In this document: positions 11,820 to 23,976 of the stretch, in pieces
Layout: each line of letters starts with the position of its first letter
How positions within the stretch are numbered: position 1 is the first letter of the stretch
Assembly: GCA_017654855.1 (NCBI GenBank)
Contig: CM030332.1
Coordinates: 1 to 64,000 of the forward strand
Direction of reading: 5' to 3'
Source of the DNA: Podospora anserina
Taxonomy: Eukaryota
DNA length: 64,000 nucleotides
Notes under the pieces: generated by a model
The model's database searches: none
Told to the model about the DNA's origin: nothing
Seen by the model: the letters and a program-made list of their open reading frames with translations, nothing else
Position numbers and translations under genes: made by a program

Positions 11820-13400
11820 AGTAACGTGCGGTTACCGGGGTTTAAGTCCCGTACGATAGTTAGGGTATACCTAGGTACGAAGGTAATAACGTGCGGTTAG
11901 GTTTTCTAAAATAAACTTTTTTTTTTAAATTTTTTAATAGGCTAGCTATATAATAGAGCTTTATTATTCCTATTTAGGCGTTTAAGTCCCGTACGGTAAT
12001 TAAGGCTCGCCTAGGCACGAAGGTAGTGGCGTGCGGTTACCGGAGTCTAGGTCTTCCAAAACAAGCCTTTTCTTTTAAATCCTTCGATAGGCCAGCTGTG
12101 TAATAGAGCCTTATTATTCCGATCCAGGCGTCTAGGTCCCGTACGGTAGTTAAGGCTCGCCTGGGTACGAAGGTAGTAGCGTGCGGCTGCGAGGATTTAA
12201 AATTATTTCTTTTAACTACCTTGACTAGCTAGCTATGTAATAGAGCTTTATTATTCCGATCTAGGCGTCTGGGTCCCGTACGGTAATTAAGGCTCGCCTA
12301 GGTACGAAGGTAGTGGCGTGCGGCTACGAGGATTTAGGATTATTTTTTTTAAATACCTCGATTAGCTAGCTGTATAATAGAGCTTTATTATTCCGATCTA
12401 AGCGTCTGGGTCCCGTACGGTAATTAAGGCTCGCCTAGGCGCGAAGGCAGTGGCGTGCGGCTGCGAGGATCTGCGTCCCGTACGGTAGTTAGGGCGCGCC
12501 TAGGCACGAAGGCAGTAGCGTGCGGCTGCGAGGATCTAGGACTATTTCTTCTAACTACTTCGACTAGCTAGCTATACAATAGAGCTTTATTATTCCGATC
12601 CAAGCGTCTAGGTCCCGTACGGTAATTAAGGCTCGCCTAGGCACGAAGGCAGTGGCGTGCGGTTGCCGGAGTCTGGGTCTTCCAAAGCAGGCCTTTTCTT
12701 CTAAATCCTTCGACAGGCCAGCTATGCAATAGAGCCTTATTATTCCGATCCAAGCGTCTAGGTCCCGTACGGTAGTTAAGGCTCGCTTAGGCACGAAGGT
12801 AGTGGCGTGCGGCTGCGAGGATCTAGGATTATTTCTTCCAACTACCTCGACTAGCCAGCTGTGCAACAGAGCCTTATTATTCCGATCCAGGCGTCTGGGT
12901 CCCGTACGGTAATCAAGGCTCGCCTGGGCACGAAGGCAGTGGCGTGCGGCTGCAAGGATCTAGGACCATTTTTTCTAACTACCTCGATTAGCTAGCTGTG
13001 TAATAGAGCCTTATTATTCCGATCCAGGCGTCTGGGTCCCGTACAGTAGTTAAGGCTTGCCTAGGCACGAAGGTAGTGGCGTGCGGCTGCGAGGATCTGC
13101 GTCCCGTATAGTAGTTAGGGCGCGCCTAGGCACGAAGGCAGTGGTGTGCGGCTGCGAGGATCTAAGACTATTTCTTTTAACTACCTCGACTAGCTAGCTG
13201 TGTAACAGAGCCTTATTATTCCGATCAAAGCGTCTAGGTGCCGTACGATAGTTAGGGCATGCCTCGGCAGGAAGGCAGTAGCGTGCGGTTGCCGGGGTCT
13301 GGGTCTTTTTAAGTAGGCTTTTTTTTCTAAATCCTTTGATAGGCTAGTTATATAATAGAGCTTTGTTATTCCGATTAAAGCGTTTGGGTGCCGTACGGTA
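11820..13400. repeat. GC-rich helicase-associated tandem array, copy 2, with a 626-bp higher-order repeat
   Basis: CGTAC anchors at 11850, 11990, 12140, 12277, 12414, 12479, 12616, 12766, 12903, 13040, 13105, 13242 and 13392 give spacings of 140, then (150,137,137,65,137) twice, then 150. Confidence 0.95.
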
Positions 13401-13593
13401 AGGTTTAATTAAAAGATATAGATATTTAATCTTTAAATAATTATATAGTAGGCTTATCGTATAATAAAATAATATAAATATTATATAATAGAATAATATA
13501 AATATTATATAATAAATTAATATAAATATTATATAATAATAATTAAGAATTATATAATAATTATATAAGGTTTATAGAATTATCGTTTATAGG

Positions 13594-14270
13594 TATTATC
13601 GCCTAAAAGGTAATAAAATCTCGAAGTATAATAATTGAGCGGTATATACGGCTTTAAAGTTTCTAAAAGTATAAGTTTAATTCTAATTAAAGTCCTTTTT
13701 TCATAAACTTTTAATTATATAAACTAATCGACTTTTAAATAAATATTTAAAATAACTTTCGTCCTTACTATCCGTAGTTCGTACGAAATTATCGATATTA
13801 ACTAGCCCTATATTAGGAGGCTAATAAATAGTTTCTATATTAATATTAATATATATTTTACCCGTATAATAATACTTCTCTTAATAAATATATAAGAAAT
13901 ATAATAAGTAATTTCAGCTTTATTATTGGCCGATATCGAATACGTCTCCGGTAAAATAAAGGGGACTAAGGTACTAACTTATTCGAACTATTTAAATATA
14001 ATTTTAATTTAGAATTATAGTTTATAAGTTACTTTTCTTTATACTATTTATACTAATAAGCTTAATAGGGGGCCCTTTAAGGATTATCGTACGACGGATA
14101 GGTATTAAAGTAATATTTATAATAATTATAAGTGAAGGGATTATAAAAGTAAATATAGTTTCTATACCGCTAAATAAAGCAGTATTAAAGTTAAAGAGGA
14201 AAGTAAAGAAAATAAGGAAGTTAAGGAAGTAATCGAGGAGCTTATAGTTATTAATAATTCTAATAATTAA
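13594..14270 (+). pseudogene. DUF3716-like gene, RIP-inactivated (copy 2)
   Basis: Collinear with 8356-9036. It reads ...RGPFKD(C)RTTD.Y*...(C).N(C)K*RD(H).SK(C)SF. Confidence 0.78.
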
Positions 14271-14929
14271 ATAGGTTATATAATAATAAAAGTTTAATAT
14301 ATATTTTTTATTTTTATTTTTATATTTATTTTTTAAAATTAATTATATAAATAACTTTTATTATCGGCTTTAATACTTTCTATATATTAATAATTTTAAT
14401 AAAATAAATTTATAATATAATATTATAATTTATATTATATTATATAGCGTAATAAAGTAATTTTAATAATATTTTTTATTTAAAAAATACTTTATTAAAT
14501 TATATTAAAATAATAATAAAATATATAAAATAATAATAATATTATAAAAATATTTTTAATAAGGTTTTTAAATAAAGATATTTATATAATAATAGCTTAC
14601 TTTTAAGTTAGGTTTTATATAAAATAAATACCGGATTAAATTAATTAAAAATTAAAAATTATATATATATCTTTTAAACTATTTAATTCTCCGAAAGCTT
14701 TATTTATTTATTAATATCTATAGGCCTATAACCGTACCTTAAATTAATATAATATATTATTTTATAAATAAATTATCCTTAATTATTTATATATATTATT
14801 AATATATTTTTATTTAATTTTATATTTATTATATATTATTATATATTATAATATATTATTAAATATTATTTATATATTATTTATATATTATTTATATTAT
14901 AATATATTTTATATTCTTTTATATACCTC

Positions 14930-16422
14930 GTATAAATAATTTTAATAATATTTTTATTTTTTATTTTAATAAAAAAATTTTTATCGGATAATATAATATA
15001 TTATTTTATTATTTAATTTTACGTTATTATTTATATATATTACTAATATACTTATATTTAACTTTATATTTACTATTTATAATTCTATACCGCTCATACG
15101 ATAATACACCCTATATATTCTATACAGCTTATATAAGTAATTCTAATAATATCTTTATTTTTTATTTTAATAAAAAAAATCCTATCGGATTGTATAACTA
15201 ACTTACTATTCTACTATCTAACTTAATTACACTTTCTACGTATATTACTAACCTATATATACCTAACTTTACACTTAACTTTATATTTATTATTTATAAT
15301 TCTACGCTACTCGTACGATAGTATACTCTATACTATTCTATACAGCTCGTTCAAACGATTCTAATAATATTTTCCTTTTTTATTTTAATAAAAAAAACTT
15401 TATCGGATCGTATAACTAAATTCTTAACGGATCGTACTTACTATACTATTTATATATATTATTAATATATTTATATTTAACTTTATATTTACTATTTACT
15501 ATTCTATACTATTCGTATAATAATATATCTTATATTATTCTATACAGCTCGTTTAAGCAATTCTAATAATATTTTTCTTTTTTATTTTAATAAAAAAAAC
15601 TTTATCGGATCGTATAATTAAATTCTTAACGGATCGTACTTACTTTACTATTTACGTATATTATTAATATATTTATATTTAATTTTATATTTACTATTTA
15701 TTATTTTATACCGCTCGTACGATAATATATCCTATACTATTTTATATAGCTCGTTTAAACGATTTTAATAATATTTTTCTTTTTATTTTAATTAGGAAAG
15801 TTTTATCGGATCGTATAAATAAATTTTTAACGGATCTTACTTACTTTACTATTTACGTATATTACTAATATACTTATACTTAACTTTATATTTACTATTT
15901 ATTATTTTACACCGCTCGTATAATAATATATCTTGCATTATTCTATATAGTTCGTTCAGGCAATTCTAATAATATCTTTCTTTTTTATTTTAGTAAAGAA
16001 AACTTTATCGGATCGTACGACTAAATTCTTAACGGATCGTACTTACCTTACTATTTACGTATACTACTAACATACTTACACTTAACTTTATATTTATTAT
16101 TTACTATTCTATACCGCTTATACGATAATATATTTTATACTATTTTATGCAACTCGTTTAAACGATTCTGATAATATTTTTTTTTTATTTTAGTAAAAAA
16201 GATTTTATCGGATCGTACAACTAAATTCTTAACGGATCTTACTTACCCTACTATTCACGTACATTACTAGTATATTTATACCCAACTTTATATTTACTAT
16301 TTACTATTTTACACCGCTCGTACGATAATATATCCTATATTATTCTATACAACTCGTTTAGGCGATTCCAATAATATCTTTTTTTTTTATTTTGGTAAGA
16401 AAGATTTTATCGGATCGTACAA
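14930..16422. repeat. ~201-202-bp tandem array, copy 2 (variant unit)
   Basis: It has the same CCGCTCGTACGATAATA and ATCGGATCGTAC motifs at ~201-bp spacing. Later units include TAAATTCTTAACGGATC from the post-array flank. It is preceded by an almost pure-AT tract (~14300-14930). Confidence 0.9.
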
Positions 16423-17419
16423 CTGAATTCTCAATGGATCCTACCCCCTATTTCCAAAGTGGGGCGTTTTTTTTAGTGCGTTTCTCAACGGATTATACTA
16501 CAATCTATCGGAGAATAACTAATAAAAAGTTTTTTAGCGAAAGAGATTGTAAATACTTAGGTAGTAAGGTCGTCGACCGCTTAATCGGACGAAGTAGTAA
16601 GTTTTTTTAAAGAAAAGGCTATTAAGAGGAAGCGGTTAATAAGTATTAAAAAAAATAAGGAGTAAACGGGAATAAGGAGAATTAGTATAGGTATTTATAA
16701 TTAAAGGATAGGACGGTGCGATTAGTCCTACAAACCTCTATAGGAGGGAAATTTATTAAAGCGTTTTTTCCTCCTTAAACAGCTTACGTAACTATTTAAT
16801 AATTTTACTTTATAAGTTAAGTAAATAATAAAAAATAAAGACTTACCGAAGACCTTTTTTTTTCTTTAATTCTCTATTCTAAAAAAAAATTCTTTACTTC
16901 CCTCTCAATAACCCTTTAATTATAAATTATACTACACACTACTCCCTTTTAATTTTTATAAAACAATATTATTAACGCTTTTTCTAAAGTTCATTTATAA
17001 TATATTATAAGAAAAATTTACCGCTACTAAAAAATTCGGCCCTCCCAATAATCTCGTTAAAGAAATTATTTAAAAAGCGTGCCTTTAAAGTATCGATAGG
17101 GTTTATAGCTTTAGTCCCCCGCGCGGTATTTTCCTTCCCTAAAGCAATAATACTTTTTAATTTATTCGTTTTGGCTTTAACCTAGTTACCGACCTAGGAA
17201 ATTATATTATAGGAAGGCGGCCCAACTAAATTAATATTACTTTCGTAAAGCAGTTTTCGATTAATATTATTAAATATCTTTTTTTTAGTTTAAAAATAAC
17301 GACCCTCCTTAATCGGACTTATATTTACGGTATTTATATAACTTCCTTTACTTACGTTATATATAACCTTTAAAGTTAATTAAAGGCTAAATAGTAGTTT
17401 ATTAGCTCGGTCCTTACTT

Positions 17420-18662
17420 ACGTTTTTCGGTACTTTCTTTAAAGAATCCTCGAACGTTATATATAGATCTCTAAAGAGCCTCTAAACCCTATTATAATAA
17501 AGTTATCGATACGCTTTTTTTTACCTAACGATAATTATAATACCTTTAACCGATAATATTAAATCCTCCCTATTTATATTAATAACGGAAGTTACTAAGT
17601 AATAAGTATTTACGACGTTACTATTAGTATTTTAATTTATATAAACTCGTTAAAGGATTAGAAGAGGTATTAAACTAATATTATTTTTTACTTAATATTT
17701 TATATCTATTACGCTTTCCACTATAGCTTTAACGTAAAAGTAAGGAGGCTAGCTTATAGTAAATAGGGCGGGGCGTAGAAATATAGTTTTTAAGTTTTAA
17801 AGTATTACTATACTTACTTTTAAAGAGGTATTTCGTATAGTAAAGAGGAGGATTTAACGGTAGTAAAGGCTTAAAGAGGAGATTATTACTATAGAAACTA
17901 TAAAACCGTAAGCGTTACGGGGAAAAAAATAATAAAGTTATAAATAGCTTATATAAAAAAGTTTTTAAGTTATAAGCCTAATTAAAGGGTACGTAATAAA
18001 AAATAAAGGAGGAGGGGCTTAAAGGATTTAATAAACATAAAAAGATTTAATTTACTAAATACCCTTTCGTTTCCTTTTAAGTCTCTACCAATTTCCCGAT
18101 TTACTTCCCTCCTTAGTTCTCCGTTAACTTTAGTTACTACTATTAAAGGAAATAAATATATCGTAAGTCTTCCCTCTAATTATAAAGGGTTTAAATTAAA
18201 TAACGTATCAAATAACTTTTAACGACTAAGCAAGGTAATAACCCCCTTTAAGTTCCGCATTCCTATAATAATAAACTTACCGCTCCTCTCTAGGCCTATA
18301 ATTATCTATCCCCTTACTTATAATTACTTAGGATCGTTAATAATATACCTTTCGCCTAATTATATACTTAGTTTTATAGGATAAAAGTAGGCTCCTAAAG
18401 TTCTTTAAAGACGAAGGGAGGAGGTCGTTAGGTTACTAGTTATAATAGCTCGATAGGGACGGAAGTATACTTTAAGATCCGAGAAGTAAGGGTACTTTTC
18501 TCTCTGATTAAAGGAGAATGGATAAAGGGATAGCAGGATTATATTATTTTCCCTTCTTTTTACTAAATAATATTTTTTTTTTTTTTTTTTAGTTTATAAG
18601 GGATTTTTTTTTATATATGTATTTACCTACTAGTTTATAATAGTTAAATATAAAGGGAGGTT
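17420..18662. repeat. RIP'd ~1.25-kb segment of unknown origin, duplicated at 19651-19790 plus 20791-21891
   Basis: Direct collinear match, e.g. ATATAGATCT(C/T)TAAAGAGCC, AATAACGGAAGTTA(C/T)TAAGTAATAAG and GCTCGATAGGGACGGA. Confidence 0.85.
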
Positions 18663-19650
18663 TAGTTTAGGGTGCGGCTATAGGCTTAAAAGTATAAGTA
18701 AGGAAGCGGGGCTCTTAAAGGATTTAGAGGTTTAAGGGTTATATATTATTAACTAGTAAGCCCTAATAGGCCTATAATATAGAACCTATACAGGGTTACT
18801 GTAAAATACAGCAGTGCGCAAGCGGAAGCGGGAGAATACGACGGCAATGCCGAAGGAAGGTAAAGCACTATAATATAGTAAGGTATAAGGAATAAGAATT
18901 ACTTTTATTACCCTTAGCTTTAGCTTTAAGCTTTTGCCCTTAAGGAAAGAAAGAAAACTATTCTACAGGAAAGAGGAGAGGTCTATATATAGGCCTTCGT
19001 AAGCCTACTGTAGGTCCTGTAGGCCCTGGAAGCCCCTATACCACTTTAGGGTATTTAGTGGGCTTAGGTGGGTCTAATATAGACTCACGGAAATCTATAG
19101 AACCTTCAGCAGCAAAGGTGCCCTATAAATTATGCTATTGTAGCGACTTATTACGTAAGCCTATAGCCACTTTAAAAAGTTCCAGTATCCTATTAATTAA
19201 GCCTTAGGCCACAGTAGCCCTATAAGCCTTCAAGGGTCCCTTATAAAAAACATTCTAAAGGGATCCAAGCCGGGAAGTTCCATTACTGCTTATAGCAGTA
19301 CTGCCCACTGTAATATCAATCTGTAGGGCAGTAAGTAGGGCACTTAGTAGTACCCACACATTAACATATATATAAGCGGTTTGCTTCGGACATTCTATTT
19401 TAGACAGGACATCGACTTTTATTCTTTTCTTCGTATTTTGTGCCTTACACGCGTGCAGGCAATTCTGGCCCTCTAATTAGGCCAATCCGGTGCTTATTAT
19501 GTGGCCTACGAGCCTATAGTATCTTTTTTTTGTCCTACGTGAGGTGCGGCCTGCGAGCGAGTTACTATCACGCAGGTGTGTTTATTCTGAGACCTATTAA
19601 GGGTATATTTATAGTGTTATAGTTATTTTATGTATTTTCTCACCATTTCA
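18663..19650 (+). mobile_element. Solo LTR family A (~360 bp) interrupted by a family-B LTR
   Basis: Starts T(G>A)GTTTAGGGTGCGG and ends CCATTTCA. It matches the uninterrupted copy at 21892-22252 once 18747-19366 is removed. Confidence 0.8.
18747..19366 (+). mobile_element. Solo LTR family B (~620 bp), copy 1
   Basis: Ends are T(G>A)TTAA...TTAACA with a 5-bp TSD TATAT. Nearly identical to 20075-20706. Confidence 0.85.
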
Positions 19651-19790
19651 ATGTTTTTCGGTATTTTCTTTAAAAGATCTTCGAGTATTATATATAGATC
19701 TTTAAAGAGCCTTTAAACCCTATTATAATAAAGTCGTTAATAAATTATTTCCTATTTAATAATAACTATAGTACTTTTAATCGGCGATAC

Positions 19791-20790
19791 TGAAATAGTA
19801 AGAAAACATATAAAACAACCACAATACTATAAATATACCCTCAATAAGTCTCAGAATAAACATACCTGCGTGACAGTAACTCGCTCGCAGGCCGCACTTC
19901 ACGTAGGACAAAGAAAAGATACTATAGGCTCGCAGGCTACATAATAAGCACCAGATTAGCCTAATTAGAGGGCTAGAATTGCCTGCACGCGTACAAGGCA
20001 CAAAATACGAAAAAAAAAAAAAAAGTCGATGTCTTATCTAAAATAGAATATCCGAAGCAGACCGCTTATATATATATTAGCTGGTAAGCCCTGATAGGCC
20101 TATAATATAGAACCTATACAGGGTTGCTGTAAAATACAGTAGTGCGTAAGCGGAAGCGGGAGGATACGACGGCAGTGCCGAAGGAAGGTAAAGCACTATA
20201 ATATAGTGAGGTATAAAGAATAAGAATTGCCTTTATTACCCTTGGCTTTAGCCTTTAGCCTTAGCCTTAAGCTTTTGCCCTTAAGGAAAGAAAGAGAATT
20301 ATTCTATAGGAGAGAGGAGAGATCTATATATAAGCCTTCGTAGGCCTACTGTGGGTCCTGTAGGCCCTGGAAGCCCCTATACCACTTTGGGGTATTTGGT
20401 GGGCTCAGGTGGGTCTAGTATAGACTCACGGAAATCCATAGAACCTTCGGCAGTAGAGGTGCCCTGTAAATCACACTATTATAGCAACTTACTACGTAAG
20501 CCTATAGCCACTTTAGAAGGTTCTAGTATCCATTAACTAAGCCTTAGGCTACAGTAGCCCTATAAGCCTTTAAGGGTCCCTTATAAAGAATATTCTAAAG
20601 GGATCTAAGCCGGGAAGTTCCATTACTGTTTATAGCAGTATTGCCCACTGTAATATTAATTTATAGGGCAGTAAGTAGGGCACTTAGTAGTACCTACACA
20701 TTAACAATATATAACCCCTAAACCCCTAAGTCCTCTAAGAGCCCTACTTCCTTACTTATACTCTTAGGCCTATAGCCGCACCCTAAACTA
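19791..20790 (-). mobile_element. Solo LTR family A, inverted, interrupted by a family-B LTR
   Basis: Reverse complement of family A (TGAAATAG...CCCTAAACTA), flanked by an ATAC direct repeat. Removing it restores the 17420-18662 duplicate. Confidence 0.85.
20075..20706 (+). mobile_element. Solo LTR family B, copy 2
   Basis: T(G>A)TTAGCTGG...CACATTAACA with a 5-bp TSD ATATA. Confidence 0.85.
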
Positions 20791-21891
20791 ATACTAAGTC
20801 CTCCTTATTTATATTAATAACGGAAGTTATTAAGTAATAAGTATTTACGATATTACTATTAATATTTTAATTTATATAGACTCGTTAGAAAATTAGGAGG
20901 GGTATTAAACGAATATTATTTTTTACTTAATATCTTATATCCATTACGCTTTTTATTATAGCTTTAACGTAAAAGTAAAGAAACTAATCTACGGTAAATA
21001 AGGCGGGGCGTAAAAATATAGTTTTAAGATTTTAAAATATTACCGCACTTATTTTTAGGGAGGTACTTTATATAGTAAAAAGAATAATTTAATAATAATA
21101 AAAGTTTAAAGAGGAAATTATTACTATAGAAACTATAAAACTATAAGCGTTATAGGGAAAAAAATAATAAAGTTATAAATAATTTATATAAAAAAGTTTT
21201 TAAATTATAAATATAATTAAAAAGTATATAATAAGAAATAAAGGAAAAGGGATTTAAAAAATTTAATAAACGCAGAAGGATTTAACCTACTAAATACCTT
21301 TTCGTTTTCTTTTAAATTTTTATTAATTTCCCGATTTACTTCCCTCTTTAGTTCTCTATTAGTTTTAATTATTATTATTAAGGGAAATAAATATATTATA
21401 AGTTTTCCTTTTAATTATAAAGGGTTTAAACTAAATAATATATTAAATAACTTTTAACGATTAAATAAAGTAATAAGCTCCTTTAAGTTCCGCACTCCTA
21501 TAATAATAAACTCGCCGCTCCTCTCTAAACCTATAATTATTTATCCCCTTATTTATAATTATTTAAAATCGTTAATAATATACTTTTCGCCTAATTATAT
21601 GTCTAGTTTTATAGGATAAAAGTGGGCTCCTAGAGTTCCTTAGAAACGAAAGAAAGAAGTTATTAGGTTACCGGTTATAATAGCTCGATAGGGACGGAGG
21701 TATACTTTAAGATCCGAGAAGTAAGGGTGCTCTTCTTTTTAATTAAGGGAGAATAGATAAAGGGATAGTAAAATTATATTATTTTCTTTTCTTTTTATTA
21801 AACGATATTTTCTTTTTTTTAGTTTATAAAAGATTTTTTTTATATATACATTTACCCACTAGTTTATAGTAGTTAAATGCGAAGGGAGGTT

Positions 21892-22252
21892 TAGTTTAGG
21901 GTACGGCTATAGGCCTAAAAGTATAAGTCAGGAAGCGGGGCTCTTTAAAGACTTAAGGGTTTAGGGGTTATATATATAAGCGGTTTGCTTCGGACATTTT
22001 ATTTTAAACAAGATATCGACTTTTATTTTTCTTCGTATTTTATGCTTTGCACGTATATAGGTAATTTTAGCCCTCTAATCAGGCCAATCCGGTGCTTATT
22101 ATATGGCCTGCGAGCCTATAGTGTCTTTTCTTTATTTTAAGTAAAGTGCGGCCTGCGAGCGAGTTACTGTTATGTAGGCGTGTCTATTTAGGGACCTATT
22201 AAGGATATATTTACGGTATTGTGGTTAGTTTATGTGTTTTCTTACTATTTTA
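21892..22252 (+). mobile_element. Solo LTR family A, uninterrupted
   Basis: Same ends as the other A copies. The central GGGGTTATATATATAAGCGG site is empty. Confidence 0.82.
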
Positions 22253-23976
22253 ATATATAATATTAAAGTTAAATATAGTATCCTCGACGACAATTCGTAT
22301 AACTTCGACGAGACTAGCTTTATAATAAACATTATTATTATTATTATAGTAATTACTACCTCGGGTAGCTATAGTAAGGTTAAATAGGCTTAGTGTAACG
22401 AACCCCTATCTAGAACCTCTAAAAGGGATACTGGTTAAAGGTAACTTCTAAATAATCCTAGTTCGGTGCGGCTAAACAGTGCATAACAAGATGTCTTAAT
22501 ATAAATACTAAATACTATAAATATAAGCTAAATTATATACTGCGGAACTATTTATTTACACTAGCTAGTTCCTCCGTATATATAAACCGGTTTATTACTA
22601 TTATCATTAGTAATAATGTCGATTATCACTCGTCATTCATCGAAGGCTAATAATAATCGTGATTATTACCCTTAGCACTAATGATAATCCGACTTCCCCA
22701 CTTTTCCGTTCTAATAGTTAAACGGTCGCGCCCCGCGCTCCCCACTTATGTTAGGTCCGTAATACCTAGCTTAGTAATCGAGAGTAAACTATAGTTATTT
22801 AAAGAGTAAACGCTTTAGGTTAAGCTATCCCGCCATTTATTATCTTAGCCGGGCAATATTACTTTGCTAATTAATATAAAAAGTATAACCTTCCGGCTAC
22901 CTAACGCATTATAATAATCGATAATAGCTAAACTACTAATGAAAAAGATATAAATTAGATTCGGCACTTCGATTTCTACACAGCATCTCGTACGAAAAGT
23001 AAATACCGGCTACTAATTCTTAACGGCCACGATAATCACCACTCGGAAAAATTCGAGACCTATTACCAGAAGCACAACATTATTATACTTTATATACCTC
23101 CCTACTCCTCGTATTTACTTCAACTATTAAATATTAATTGTTTTTCGCCGTTAAAGAAGGCGTATAGCCGCCAAATTGAGCAGCTAATGCGGATGAATAT
23201 CATATATATTAGTAAGTTGGAGTTTCTTTATGGGTTTAGAGAAGCGTTTTTTACTTCGATAATAGAAAAAAATATCTAAGGAGGTTTTACTAGAGCCGGC
23301 CTTATACTATATAACCCAGAGAGGGTGATATCTAAGCTAGATATATATATTCGGACTCCAATACCCCCAGTCTTAAGACCAGGCACGGCACTACCTTAGG
23401 TTTCCCAAATACTACACAACCCTCGAGAAACAACCTCACAGTTAAAGCTTATTAAATCTCGAATTTCTAAACATCAAAATAGCTCTCCAACTTCGATGTT
23501 GACTACTGTGGACCAATTAACTAAAGGTACGATGGTTATAATGCACGAGGTGGCTCTTCTCCGTACAGAGGTCTCTTCGCTACGCAAGGCCAATGAGGGG
23601 CTTAGTAAGAGACGGAGAGCTAAAAAAACACGTGTGAGGCTTGGAGGGTTACTTACTGTACAAGAGGCACAGGATCTACTGGATCAGAAGGCTGTGGGTG
23701 AGTAGGTAATCCAGGAAAATCGATAAAGTGGTGGTGGTGCAGGGGGGTCTCGTACGAAGGTTCGGTGCTGTGGTGTGTGCGGCAAGCCTGGCCATAATGC
23801 GCGCACTTGCCAGGAGGCTGCAGAAGCATCTGATTCAGCTGTTTCTGATGTAATTATAGCTGGTTCTTAGTATTGGTGGATTGTAATTAAGGATAGTGGT
23901 AATAGGTGGGGAGAAAATTGCACACTCGCTTATATTGCACACTCGCTTATATTGCACACTCGCTTATAAAGTACGT
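22253..23976 (+). mobile_element. 5'-truncated Fot1/Pot2 (pogo-like, Tc1/mariner) DDE transposon, RIP'd
   Basis: De-RIP'd YNFDET(G)F, (PG)NRE(W), AIPPFIILAG and LLIL(D)GH(D/E)(S)H. C-terminal CGVCGKPGHNARTC knuckle (~23768-23810). The right end has three TTGCACACTCGCTTATA repeats and ends ACGT followed by TA. Confidence 0.9.
22394..22764 (-). mobile_element. Solo LTR family C inserted in the Fot1-like transposase
   Basis: Ends TGTAACG...CGTAA(C>T)A with TSD CTTAG/CCTAG. Its reverse complement shares TATATACGGAGGAACTAG...GTATCCCTTT.AGAGGTTCT...AGGGGTTCGT with the LTRs at 36207-37254. Confidence 0.85.

Noticed and set aside
7964-12866. Short ORFs in the GC-rich arrays (7964-8170, 12564-12866)
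   Set aside because: They are translations of non-coding tandem units, and most unit lengths (137, 65) are not multiples of 3.
9070-16422. Regularly spaced repeats as a CRISPR array
   Set aside because: The context is eukaryotic, whole units are repeated with no unique spacers, and there are no cas genes.
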